A stretch of DNA of 64,000 nucleotides. It comes from Eubacteriales bacterium (lineage in GTDB: Bacteria; Bacillota; Clostridia; Christensenellales; CAG-138). Below the pieces are notes generated by a model. That model saw nothing but the letters and a program-made list of their open reading frames with translations. It did no database searches and had not been told where the DNA came from. Both the position numbers and the translations under genes were made by a program. Below are positions 8,967 to 17,079 of this stretch, piece after piece; the stretch's first letter is position 1; the number at the start of each line of letters is the position of its first letter. The stretch lies in NCBI GenBank assembly GCA_021372675.1, contig JAJFTZ010000022.1:5152-69151 (forward strand). Reading direction: 5' to 3'.

Positions 8967-10391
8967 ATGAACAGGTTTCAGGCGTATATCAATGGCCAGT
9001 TTTTTGAAACGGAAAAATATGCCGCGGTGTACAATCCCGCCAACGGGGATGTTGTCGGAGAAGCGCCGGTTTGTACCGTGAAGGATGTAGATGCTGCCGT
9101 CGATGCGGCCGCGCAGGCGCAGAAGTCCTGGCGCAGGCTCACTTACATGCAGCGCGCTGATTATCTGAAGAAGTGGTCCGCGAAAATGTCCGAGTATAAG
9201 GAACAGCTCGGCGAGCTGCTCTGCAGGGAACAGGGCAAAACGCTGGCGCAGGCGACCGGCGAGGCAAACGGCGCCGCCAACCTGATCGCTTACCATGCGG
9301 AATGGGCCTGGCGTATCGAGGGCGAGATCGTCACCAGCGACCGCGCGAACCAGAACGTGTGGATTTACAAGGAACCCATCGGCGTGGTCGGCTGCATCAT
9401 CCCGTGGAACTTCCCGCTCTACATCATCGCGCGCAAGGTTGCCCCTGCGCTGCTCACCGGCAACACGGTCGTCATTAAGCCCAGCAGCGACACGCCGCTC
9501 ACCGCGCTGTTCATCGCAAAAATCTTCGATGAAATCGGCATGCCCGCGGGCGTCGTCAATGTTATTACGGGCAGCGGCGCGCTGCTTGGCAAGGCGCTCG
9601 CCGCCCACCCGAAAATCGGCATGATCTCCCTCACGGGCAGCACCGCCGCGGGCCAGGAGGTCATGCGCAACTGCGCGGAGAGCGTGGCGAAGGTATCGCT
9701 CGAGCTGGGCGGCAAAGCGCCTTCCATCGTGATGAACGACGCGAACCTCGACCTTGCCGTCGCCTCCATCCTGATGGCCAAGACGAAGAATGCCGGGCAG
9801 GTATGCAATACCCCGGAGCGCGTCTATGTGCAGAGGGATGCCGCGCACGCATTCATCGAAAAGCTCGTGGAGGCTATGCAAAAGGTCACCTTCGGCGACG
9901 GCATGGCAAACCCGACAATGGGCGCGCTGGTCAACAGAAAAGCTGTGGAAACGGTTCACGCCATGGTGGAGCGCGCGGTTCTATCCGGCGCGAAGCTCGT
10001 GCTCGGCGGCGAGATTCCGCAGGGCGCCGGCGCGTTCTATCCGCCCACGCTGCTCGTCGAATGCAGGCAGGATATGGAAATCATGCGCGAGGAGATTTTC
10101 GGGCCCGTGCTGCCGGTGATGGTGTTCGATACCGTGGAGGAAGGGCTTGCGCTCGCCAACGATTGTAAATATGGCCTTACCGCCGCGCTATATACCAACA
10201 CGATGAGCACGATGATGAAGTTCGCCAACGAGATCGAGTGCGGCGAGCTGTACGTGAATCGTTCGCAGGGCGAAGCCTTCAACGGCTATCATAGCGGCTG
10301 GAAGCAGACGGGCATTGGCGGCGATGACGGCAAGCACGGCCTCGCCGAGTTCCTGCAGACGCGCACGGTCTATTGCGTATATCAGGACTAA
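8967..10391 (+). CDS. NAD(P)+-dependent aldehyde dehydrogenase
   Basis: ALDH motifs SLELGGKAP, GQVCNTPERVYV (catalytic Cys) and EEIFGPV. ATG 8967 sits behind AAAGGAGAG. Confidence 0.85.
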   Translation: MNRFQAYINGQFFETEKYAAVYNPANGDVVGEAPVCTVKDVDAAVDAAAQAQKSWRRLTYMQRADYLKKWSAKMSEYKEQLGELLCREQGKTLAQATGEANGAANLIAYHAEWAWRIEGEIVTSDRANQNVWIYKEPIGVVGCIIPWNFPLYIIARKVAPALLTGNTVVIKPSSDTPLTALFIAKIFDEIGMPAGVVNVITGSGALLGKALAAHPKIGMISLTGSTAAGQEVMRNCAESVAKVSLELGGKAPSIVMNDANLDLAVASILMAKTKNAGQVCNTPERVYVQRDAAHAFIEKLVEAMQKVTFGDGMANPTMGALVNRKAVETVHAMVERAVLSGAKLVLGGEIPQGAGAFYPPTLLVECRQDMEIMREEIFGPVLPVMVFDTVEEGLALANDCKYGLTAALYTNTMSTMMKFANEIECGELYVNRSQGEAFNGYHSGWKQTGIGGDDGKHGLAEFLQTRTVYCVYQD

Positions 10392-10414
10392 GCTTTGTAA
10401 AACTATAACGGAGG

Positions 10415-10446
10415 GGCGCCGCGGTATTGGCCGCGGCGCCTTTTTG
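10415..10446 (+). terminator. Rho-independent terminator of the 10-gene operon
   Basis: GGCGCCGCGG / CCGCGGCGCC 10-bp stem followed by TTTTT. Confidence 0.8.
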
Positions 10447-10451
10447 TCACG

Positions 10452-10482
10452 CGAAAACCTCCCGCCGGGCGGGAGGTTTTCG
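10452..10482. terminator. Second near-perfect 31-nt palindromic stem-loop
   Basis: CGAAAACCTCCCGCC-G-GGCGGGAGGTTTTCG, with an A-tract and a T-tract inside the arms. Confidence 0.5.
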
Positions 10483-10934
10483 TAAGGCTTAAAGCCGTGA
10501 AGAGAAAAATAAGCCCCCTTTGGCAAAACTTCCGATCCGGCAATAACGAGGATCAAAAAGAGCTTGGCCATATGGATAACATCATGGTTCTTAGCTCGCC
10601 GCGTATGCCTATACCTTCTTAACTTAAAAAGCATGGCGCCGCGCGAAGTGTGGCCCCGGAATCCCATGGGACAGCGCCGTTATGGGAAGCCGCTTTGGTT
10701 GGTTCAAAGATTTGCTTCGCCTTGCTTTCAACATCCGGCATTCTGCCGGTGTTCCCGCCACCGTTGCACAGGCCGCGCGGCATTTCAACCGCTCCCGTCC
10801 TGCTTTTGCACTTTGTTATAAAACCCCTGCGCAAAAAAATCACGCATGGGTTCCGAATTTTTAGTCCGCGAACTCTTAACCGCTCCGCTGTGCCGGGGGG
10901 GCTATAGCCGCCTCGGAAGGGGTGGACGGATTAC

Positions 10935-11954
10935 TCAACGGCAGTCGATAAGAACCTTCCCGGTCAGGATGGACGCGTCCCGGATCAGGGCGAACGCGCT
11001 TGCGGCTTCCGCGAGGGGAATGATATGCGAAACGATTTTTTCCAGATCGCCCTGCATCATCAGCGCATAGTCGATCGCCTCACGGAACTGTAACGGTGTA
11101 TAGACGCGCGTGCCCACGAAGCGAAGCTCCTTAACCTGCACGTCGAGCAGGGAAACGGGGCGCGGCGTGCCGTGAATGCCGGGGATGCAAACCGTCCCCG
11201 CCGTACGACAGACCTTGGTCATCGTAAGCGCGCCGTCGGCGGAGCCGCTGCATTCGAACGCGACGTCCGCCCCCCCGCCCGGCGTGTTTTGCGCAACGCG
11301 CGCCGCGAAATCCTCATCGGGAACAAGCACCGGTTCCAGACCGAGCGGTTCGGCGATGGCCAGACGCGCGGGATTGGTATCCGAAATGAAGACGCGCGAG
11401 GCGGCAAAGCGTTTGAGAATCGTCCCGACGATCAGGCCGATCGGGCCCGCGCCGATGATTGCGGCGGTATCCATGGGCTTAAACCCGGCTTGCCGGACGG
11501 CGCGGTACGCGACCGCGAACGGCTCGACCACCGCCGCGGCGGCGTCTGTCATCCCCATGGGCACACGCGCCAGCGTCGCGGTGTCGCAATCCACATACTC
11601 GGCATCGCCGCCCGGACAATCGATGCCGAGCAGATTCAGGGAATGGCATGCGTTGGGCAGCCCCATCCGGCAGGCGCAGCATATTCCGCAGGAGATCAGC
11701 GGATAGGCGGTCACGCGCTCGCCGGCACGGAACGCGCCGCCGTCGCCGTTGATTGCCTCGATCGTGCCGACGAATTCATGGCCGAGCACCAGCGGCGGTC
11801 TGGCGCGCTGATGCCTGCCGGCGATGATATCCATATCGGTGCCGCAGATACCCGCATACTTTACGCGTATGCGTGCCTTGCCGGCTTGCAGTTCGCCGAG
11901 GGGGACGTCGCGAACCTCGACGATGTTTGGTGCGGTATAGACAAGCGCTCTCAT
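10935..11954 (-). CDS. Zinc-dependent medium-chain dehydrogenase (sorbitol / L-idonate 5-dehydrogenase-like)
   Basis: 339 aa. Catalytic Zn motifs GICGTD and GHEFVG; structural Zn cysteines SCGICCACRMGLPNAC; Rossmann motif GAGPIGL. Confidence 0.8.
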   Translation of the reverse strand: MRALVYTAPNIVEVRDVPLGELQAGKARIRVKYAGICGTDMDIIAGRHQRARPPLVLGHEFVGTIEAINGDGGAFRAGERVTAYPLISCGICCACRMGLPNACHSLNLLGIDCPGGDAEYVDCDTATLARVPMGMTDAAAAVVEPFAVAYRAVRQAGFKPMDTAAIIGAGPIGLIVGTILKRFAASRVFISDTNPARLAIAEPLGLEPVLVPDEDFAARVAQNTPGGGADVAFECSGSADGALTMTKVCRTAGTVCIPGIHGTPRPVSLLDVQVKELRFVGTRVYTPLQFREAIDYALMMQGDLEKIVSHIIPLAEAASAFALIRDASILTGKVLIDCR

Positions 11955-11975
11955 GTTCTATTCTCCTTTGTGCGG

Positions 11976-12737
11976 TCAGCCGATGAGGTATCCTCCGTCG
12001 ACGGGGATAATCGCGCCATTGAGGTAGTCCGAAGCGTGAGAGGAGAGGAAGATGCAGGCTCCCTTCACGTCCTCGACGGTGCCCCAGCGCTTCTGCGGAA
12101 TGCGTGCGAGGAACTGCTCAAAGCGCGGGCTGCCTTCGGCTATATGGGTAGCGTTGATTTCCGTGAGCATGTAGCCGGGCGCGATCGCGTTGATGTTGAG
12201 CCCCTTATCCGCCCAGTCGTTGGCCATCGCCTTGGTGATCTGATTAACGCCGCCCTTGCTCGCCGCATAGGAGGGGATTCCTTTGCCGCCGAAAAAGCCG
12301 ATCATGGACGAGAGCATAACGATCTTGCCGTACCCGTTTTGAATCATGATCCCGGACGCAAGCTGGCTGAGCACGAAGGGTGCCGTCAGGTTCACGCCAA
12401 GCACATCCTCCCAATCCTTGGCGGAGCATTCGCTGCAAGGGCTGCGGCGGATGATGCCCGCGCAGTTGACGAGAATCTGCAAATCGCCGCCCAGAAGCGC
12501 AAGCGCCTTTTCGAACGCGGGCCGTATCTGGCCGCGATCCCTGAGATCGGCCTGCACGCCGTGGCACAGGAAGCCGCGCGCGCAGAAATCCTGCGCGACG
12601 GTGAGTACCCGGGGTGAACTGCCGAATATTACCGCTTCCGCGCCGGCCTCCATCAACCCTTCGGCCATCGAATGTCCCAGACCCCGGGTGCCGCCGGTCA
12701 CAATTGCTTTGTGTCCGGATAGATCAAACAAGTCCAT
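11976..12737 (-). CDS. SDR oxidoreductase, KduD / gluconate 5-dehydrogenase (IdnO)-like
   Basis: 253 aa. Motifs TGGTRGLG, NCAG and YAASKGG (YxxxK), with overall similarity to KduD as I recall it. Confidence 0.8.
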   Translation of the reverse strand: MDLFDLSGHKAIVTGGTRGLGHSMAEGLMEAGAEAVIFGSSPRVLTVAQDFCARGFLCHGVQADLRDRGQIRPAFEKALALLGGDLQILVNCAGIIRRSPCSECSAKDWEDVLGVNLTAPFVLSQLASGIMIQNGYGKIVMLSSMIGFFGGKGIPSYAASKGGVNQITKAMANDWADKGLNINAIAPGYMLTEINATHIAEGSPRFEQFLARIPQKRWGTVEDVKGACIFLSSHASDYLNGAIIPVDGGYLIG

Positions 12738-12760
12738 AACTGACCTTCACACGCATATTT

Positions 12761-12785
12761 TATAATGTCGAATATATACATTATA
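12761..12785. promoter_or_regulatory. Candidate LysR-type operator (interrupted dyad) in the divergent promoter region
   Basis: TATAATGT-N9-ACATTATA: a perfect 8-bp inverted repeat containing a T-N11-A core, between the SDR gene and the LysR gene. Confidence 0.45.
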
Positions 12786-12910
12786 CTATCTATTGGCCAC
12801 GCAGGCAAGGAAATGCACGGGACGAATCCATTTTCAGTATCTTATCCGGAATGCGAAAAACAGTCGGAATGTGGTATAATTACGGTAATCACCTGAAGGG
12901 ATGATGCGAC

Positions 12911-13852
12911 ATGACGTATCAATCGCTGCTGTATTTCCGGACGGTTGTGGAAATGAAAAACTACACGCGCGCGGCGGAATACCTGCACGTCACGCAGCCC
13001 GCTTTAAGCAAGGCGATCCGCCAGCTTGAAGCGGAGTTGGGCGTCGCGCTGTTTTATAAGGACAGCCGCAGCAATTCGCTTACGGAATGCGGCGATGCAT
13101 TCTACCGCCACGTCGCCTGCGCGCTTGACTCGCTGGAGGAAGGAAAAAAGGCGGTTCGGGCCATGTCAAGGCGCAAGGAAAATACTGTGTCCGTCTGGGC
13201 GCTGTATTCTATGTGCACGACATTTCTGCCGGAGCGCATTCTGGCATTCAAGGAACAACACGGGGAGGCCGCGTTCCATCTGACCTACGATGTGACGAGC
13301 AATATCGTGCGCAGCGTGCAGGACGGTGCGGCAGCGCTCGGCATTTGCAGCGACTTTTTAAGCGAAAAGGAAGAGTTTGCGGACGTGGAAAACGTCCTGC
13401 TGTGGAAGGAAAAGCTTAAGGTGATCGTTCCCCAAAACCATCCGTTGGCGGGCAAGGGGTGCGCGGGCGTCAGGGAGCTTAAGGGAGAGCGGTTCGTCGT
13501 CTACAAAAACAACCGTTTCGGAATTAACGATTCCGTCCTACAGCTCTTTGAAAAGGCCGGCCTTTCGCGGGACGTCGTGTTTGAGGGGCAGAACGATTAT
13601 ACGGTTGTCGGCCTGGTTGCCGCGGGCGAGGGTATCGCCGTGGTGCCCGAGAGCATCCCCATCGAACTGCACGGCATCGCCGTGCTGGATTTCGATTGCG
13701 GCGAAACGGGCGGGCCGGAGCGATCCGTCTATCTGATTTGGAACCGCCTGACCGCTTTGACGGCCGCGGAGACGCGCTTTCGGGAGTTCCTGCTCCGGGA
13801 TGTGGCGAACGCGCGGCGCTATCGCGAACAGGCCGAGCAAACGCCCCGGTAA
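12911..13852 (+). CDS. LysR family transcriptional regulator
   Basis: 313 aa. N-terminal HTH (YTRAAEYLHVTQPALSKAIRQLEAELG) and a LysR substrate-binding domain. An extended -10 (TGgTATAAT, 12872-12880) lies upstream. Confidence 0.85.
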   Translation: MTYQSLLYFRTVVEMKNYTRAAEYLHVTQPALSKAIRQLEAELGVALFYKDSRSNSLTECGDAFYRHVACALDSLEEGKKAVRAMSRRKENTVSVWALYSMCTTFLPERILAFKEQHGEAAFHLTYDVTSNIVRSVQDGAAALGICSDFLSEKEEFADVENVLLWKEKLKVIVPQNHPLAGKGCAGVRELKGERFVVYKNNRFGINDSVLQLFEKAGLSRDVVFEGQNDYTVVGLVAAGEGIAVVPESIPIELHGIAVLDFDCGETGGPERSVYLIWNRLTALTAAETRFREFLLRDVANARRYREQAEQTPR

Positions 13853-13968
13853 AACCCGGGTGGCGCGGGCGCGATATATAATCCGCCGGAAATTCATCGC
13901 AAGCTTAGCGGGAGAAAAAACCTTATATTTTTTGCGGAAAGCGGCGCCTTGCCGGTTTGCCGCCATTC

Positions 13969-13996
13969 AAACCGCTGCACAGGATGCAGCGGTTTT
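13969..13996 (+). terminator. Rho-independent terminator after the lysR-type gene
   Basis: AAACCGCTGCA / TGCAGCGGTTT 11-bp stem, then TTTTGGTT. Confidence 0.6.
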
Positions 13997-14084
13997 GGTT
14001 ATGAATCGGGTACAAACGGTAATTGGATATCCGCATAGGGGAATGCTATACTGATCGGGATAAGAGGATGAACGGAGCGCATAC

Positions 14085-15380
14085 ATGGGCGTAATTAAAA
14101 ATATCCTCCACGTGGTTCCGCTGCCACGGCTTGTATGTGTGGAGCAGCGGTTCCCCGATGCGCATATCGAAAACGTACCCTTGGAACTTGCGGCGTTGCT
14201 GCGTGCGTCCGCGGGCATGCGTTCCGTCAAGCCGGGCGCGCGCATTGCCATCACCGCCGGGAGCCGCAAGATCAGCCGTATGCCGGAGATGCTGCATTGC
14301 GTCGCCCAGGCCGTGCGCGAGCGGGGGGCGGAGCCGTTTATCGTGCCCGCCATGGGCAGCCACGGCGGCGCTACGGCCGCGGGGCAGCGCGCCGTGCTCG
14401 AGGGGCTTGGCATTGCGGAGGAAACGGTCGGCGCCCCGGTCATATCCTCTATGGAGACGGATCTTATCGGCACCGCGCTGGACGGCCGCCCCGTCTATAT
14501 TGACCGCGCGGCGAACCGCGCGGACGGTATCATCGTCATGAACCGCATCAAATGCCACACCTCCTTCCGCGGAAAGTACGAAAGCGGCCTAATGAAGATG
14601 ATGGCCATCGGGCTGGGCAAGGAAAAGGGCGCGTCGCATTATCACCAGACCGGCTATGAAATCATGAGCGAGGTTGTGGAGGCGGTTGGCAAAGAGGTGC
14701 TGCGCCATGCCGAGATCATTGCCGGCATCGGCGTGATCGAGAACGCCTACGGGAAAACCGCGGAAATTGCCTGCTTGGAACCGGAGCAGATCGCGGCTAT
14801 GGAGCCTGCGCTGTTGGAACGTGCCAACAGCCTGCTTCCCCGGCTGCCCATGGAACGGCTGGATGTGCTCGCCATCGCGGAGATCGGCAAGGATATCAGC
14901 GGAACGGGCATGGATACGAACGTAGTCGGCAGGCCGTACGGCGCGGCGATCCGCGGCATGGAAATCGCAACCAAGCGGATCGTGCTCTCGTCGCTCACGG
15001 CGCTTAGCCACGGCAACGCCAGCGGCATAGGGAATGCCGATATTATCACGCGGCGGCTGTATCAGGCGATAGATATGGATCAGGTATATACAAACTGCCT
15101 CACCTCAACGGCCGTGCACGCGGCCAAGATCCCGCTCGTTATGCCCAACGATCGCCTGGCGCTCCAGGCCGCGGTCAAGACGAGTAACCTGCGGGACTTC
15201 CGCGAGGCGACGCTGTGCTGCATCCGCAACACGAAGCGCCTGGAACGGTTTTATGTTTCCGAAAACCTGTTGGACGCGATGGATATGCGGCGAATAGTTG
15301 TCCTGAGCGAACCGTTTGAACCCCCCTTTGACAGCGCGGGAGACCTAAGATTAACATACCAAGAGGAGACAACGCAATGA
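14085..15380 (+). CDS. Uncharacterised protein, probably a divergent LarA-superfamily (DUF2088-like) member
   Basis: 431 aa. Segments parallel LarA N-domain elements: IAITAGS vs IVIISSD, PAMGSHGGAT vs VATGFHRPST, ADGIIVMNRIKCHTSF vs ADLLISEGFIESHFF. The SGGRK cofactor-tether motif is not evident. Assignment is by eye only. Confidence 0.45.
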   Translation: MGVIKNILHVVPLPRLVCVEQRFPDAHIENVPLELAALLRASAGMRSVKPGARIAITAGSRKISRMPEMLHCVAQAVRERGAEPFIVPAMGSHGGATAAGQRAVLEGLGIAEETVGAPVISSMETDLIGTALDGRPVYIDRAANRADGIIVMNRIKCHTSFRGKYESGLMKMMAIGLGKEKGASHYHQTGYEIMSEVVEAVGKEVLRHAEIIAGIGVIENAYGKTAEIACLEPEQIAAMEPALLERANSLLPRLPMERLDVLAIAEIGKDISGTGMDTNVVGRPYGAAIRGMEIATKRIVLSSLTALSHGNASGIGNADIITRRLYQAIDMDQVYTNCLTSTAVHAAKIPLVMPNDRLALQAAVKTSNLRDFREATLCCIRNTKRLERFYVSENLLDAMDMRRIVVLSEPFEPPFDSAGDLRLTYQEETTQ

Positions 15381-16579
15381 AGATCACAAGCATCGAAGTG
15401 CTGCTGATTAATGCCGATCTCGGGCTGACCGGCAAGGACGGCCTCAAGCGGTATTGGCGCCCCATCATCGTCAAGGTGAATACGGATGAAGGTATTTACG
15501 GGCTTGGCGAGGTGGCGCTCGCATATGGCCGGGCCTTTAACGCCGGCGCGGGCATGGTCAAAGACCTTGCGCCGATGGTCATCGGCCTGGATCCCTTCGA
15601 CACGGAGGCCATTTGGAACCGCATGATGATGTGCACGTTCTGGGGCCAGGGCGGCGGCATCTACTTTGCGGGTATGAGCGGCATCGATATGGCGCTCTGG
15701 GATATCAAGGGCAAGGCTCTCGGCGTGCCGGTTTACAAGCTGCTCGGCGGCAAATGCCGCGATGAGCTGCGCTGTTACGCCTCGCAGATCCAGTTCGGCT
15801 GGGGCGAGAAGTACAAGGGCCTGACCGAAACGCAGCAGTACGCCGACGCCGCGCGCGCCGCCATCGAGGACGGCTACGACGCGGTAAAGGTCGACCTGAT
15901 GGAGTTCGATCCCCAGGGCAATATGAAGCTGCTGCCGCTACGCGGTCACATCCGCAACAAGGATATGGATATGGCCATCGAGCGCTTGGCGGCCATCCGC
16001 GAGGCGATAGGGCCCGACGCGGATATCATCATCGAAAACCACGGCGAAACGGATGTGACCACGGCCATCCAGATGTCCCGCGAAATGAAGCCGTTCAACA
16101 TCATGTTTTACGAGGAAGTCAACACGCCCATGAATGCCAAGTTGACCCGCATGGTCAAGGAGCATTGCGAGCTGCCGTTGGCGGGCGGCGAGCGGATTTA
16201 CGGGCGGTATCACTATATTCCATTCCTCGAGGAGCGCAGCCTGGACGTTATTCAGCCGGATGTCGGCACCTGCGGCGGCCTAACCGAAGCGAAGAAAATC
16301 TGCGACATGGCGCATGCATACGAAATCACCGTGCAGACGCACATTTGCGGTTCCCCGATCGTCAAGGCGGCGTCCATCCATCTCGAGGCGGCGCTCCCGA
16401 ATTTCATCATCCATGAGCACCACAGGTTCAGCCTCATGGAGGGGAACGTTGAGCTATGCACGCAGAACTATCAGCCCGTAAACGGCAAGTACCGTCTGCC
16501 TGAGCTCCCGGGCCTAGGTCAGGATTTGACGCCCAAGGCGTACGCGCAGGCCGATCGCTTCGTCATTACCGGCGACTGA
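15377..16579 (+). CDS. Enolase-superfamily (mandelate racemase / muconate lactonizing enzyme family) sugar-acid dehydratase-like protein
   Basis: 400 aa. The N-terminal capping domain (VKVNTDEGIYGLGE, DMALWDIKGKALGVPVYKLLGG) is typical of galactonate/mannonate dehydratase-like members. ATGA overlap with the upstream gene. Confidence 0.8.
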   Translation: MKITSIEVLLINADLGLTGKDGLKRYWRPIIVKVNTDEGIYGLGEVALAYGRAFNAGAGMVKDLAPMVIGLDPFDTEAIWNRMMMCTFWGQGGGIYFAGMSGIDMALWDIKGKALGVPVYKLLGGKCRDELRCYASQIQFGWGEKYKGLTETQQYADAARAAIEDGYDAVKVDLMEFDPQGNMKLLPLRGHIRNKDMDMAIERLAAIREAIGPDADIIIENHGETDVTTAIQMSREMKPFNIMFYEEVNTPMNAKLTRMVKEHCELPLAGGERIYGRYHYIPFLEERSLDVIQPDVGTCGGLTEAKKICDMAHAYEITVQTHICGSPIVKAASIHLEAALPNFIIHEHHRFSLMEGNVELCTQNYQPVNGKYRLPELPGLGQDLTPKAYAQADRFVITGD

Positions 16580-16742
16580 GCGCGGTTGCCCGCCCGGGAT
16601 ATAAAAGGAACCTTCATCAAAGTTTACGCCCTTTTATATCGACTTAAGCAACCTACCCTTGCGCAAGCCATAGGAAAAGCCCAGCAGTAAACCGTAAGCG
16701 CCGCGCAAAAGAACGAGCGGCGCTTGCGTTGATAAAGAGCAA

Positions 16743-16997
16743 CCATCGGCTAGGCCGGTGGAATAAAAAAGCTTTAGCTATGAGTAAAAACCTCCTTCCG
16801 ATAAGCTGAAAGCGGGTTTGCCAACCGCAGAAGCGACAGAAGGAGGTTTATCCATGAAGGAGGTACAAAGCTTAGCACATAGCAAATGGAGCTGCAAATA
16901 TCACATAGTATTTGCGCCGAAGTATAGGCGACGGGTGATATACGGAGAAATTAAAAAAGAAGTGGGGTCAATTATATGGAACGACAGCATTTTTTAA
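16743..16997 (+). mobile_element. IS200/IS605-family (IS200-type) left-end remnant
   Basis: Left-end hairpin (16743-16761). RBS-occluding stem AAACCTCCTTC (16788-16798) / GAAGGAGGTTT (16839-16849). Truncated tnpA. Confidence 0.7.
16854..16997 (+). pseudogene. tnpA: Truncated IS200-type Y1 transposase TnpA (first 47 codons only)
   Basis: The translation MKEVQSLAHSKWSCKYHIVFAPKYRRRVIYGEIKKEVGSIIWNDSIF* matches the conserved TnpA N-terminus (SKWxCKYHIVFxPKYRR). The HUH and Tyr regions are missing. Confidence 0.7.
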
Positions 16998-17079
16998 CCC
17001 ATTGCACATGCAGTTGCTGCATAAAAAGCATTGGCGAGCGATATGCGCTTGCGGCAGGGGCGGCCCTGCCGCAGGCTCG

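Noticed and set aside
8835-9959. 374-aa ORF antisense to the aldehyde dehydrogenase gene
   Set aside because: It is a shadow ORF typical of GC-rich DNA. The product is Arg/Ala/Gly/His-rich low-complexity sequence with no motifs, and the opposite strand encodes a clear ALDH.
11172-12617. 481-aa plus-strand ORF spanning the Zn-ADH and SDR genes
   Set aside because: It is antisense to two well-supported genes and runs across their intergenic gap. The composition is Arg/Gly/Ala-rich, and it has no SD or family signature.
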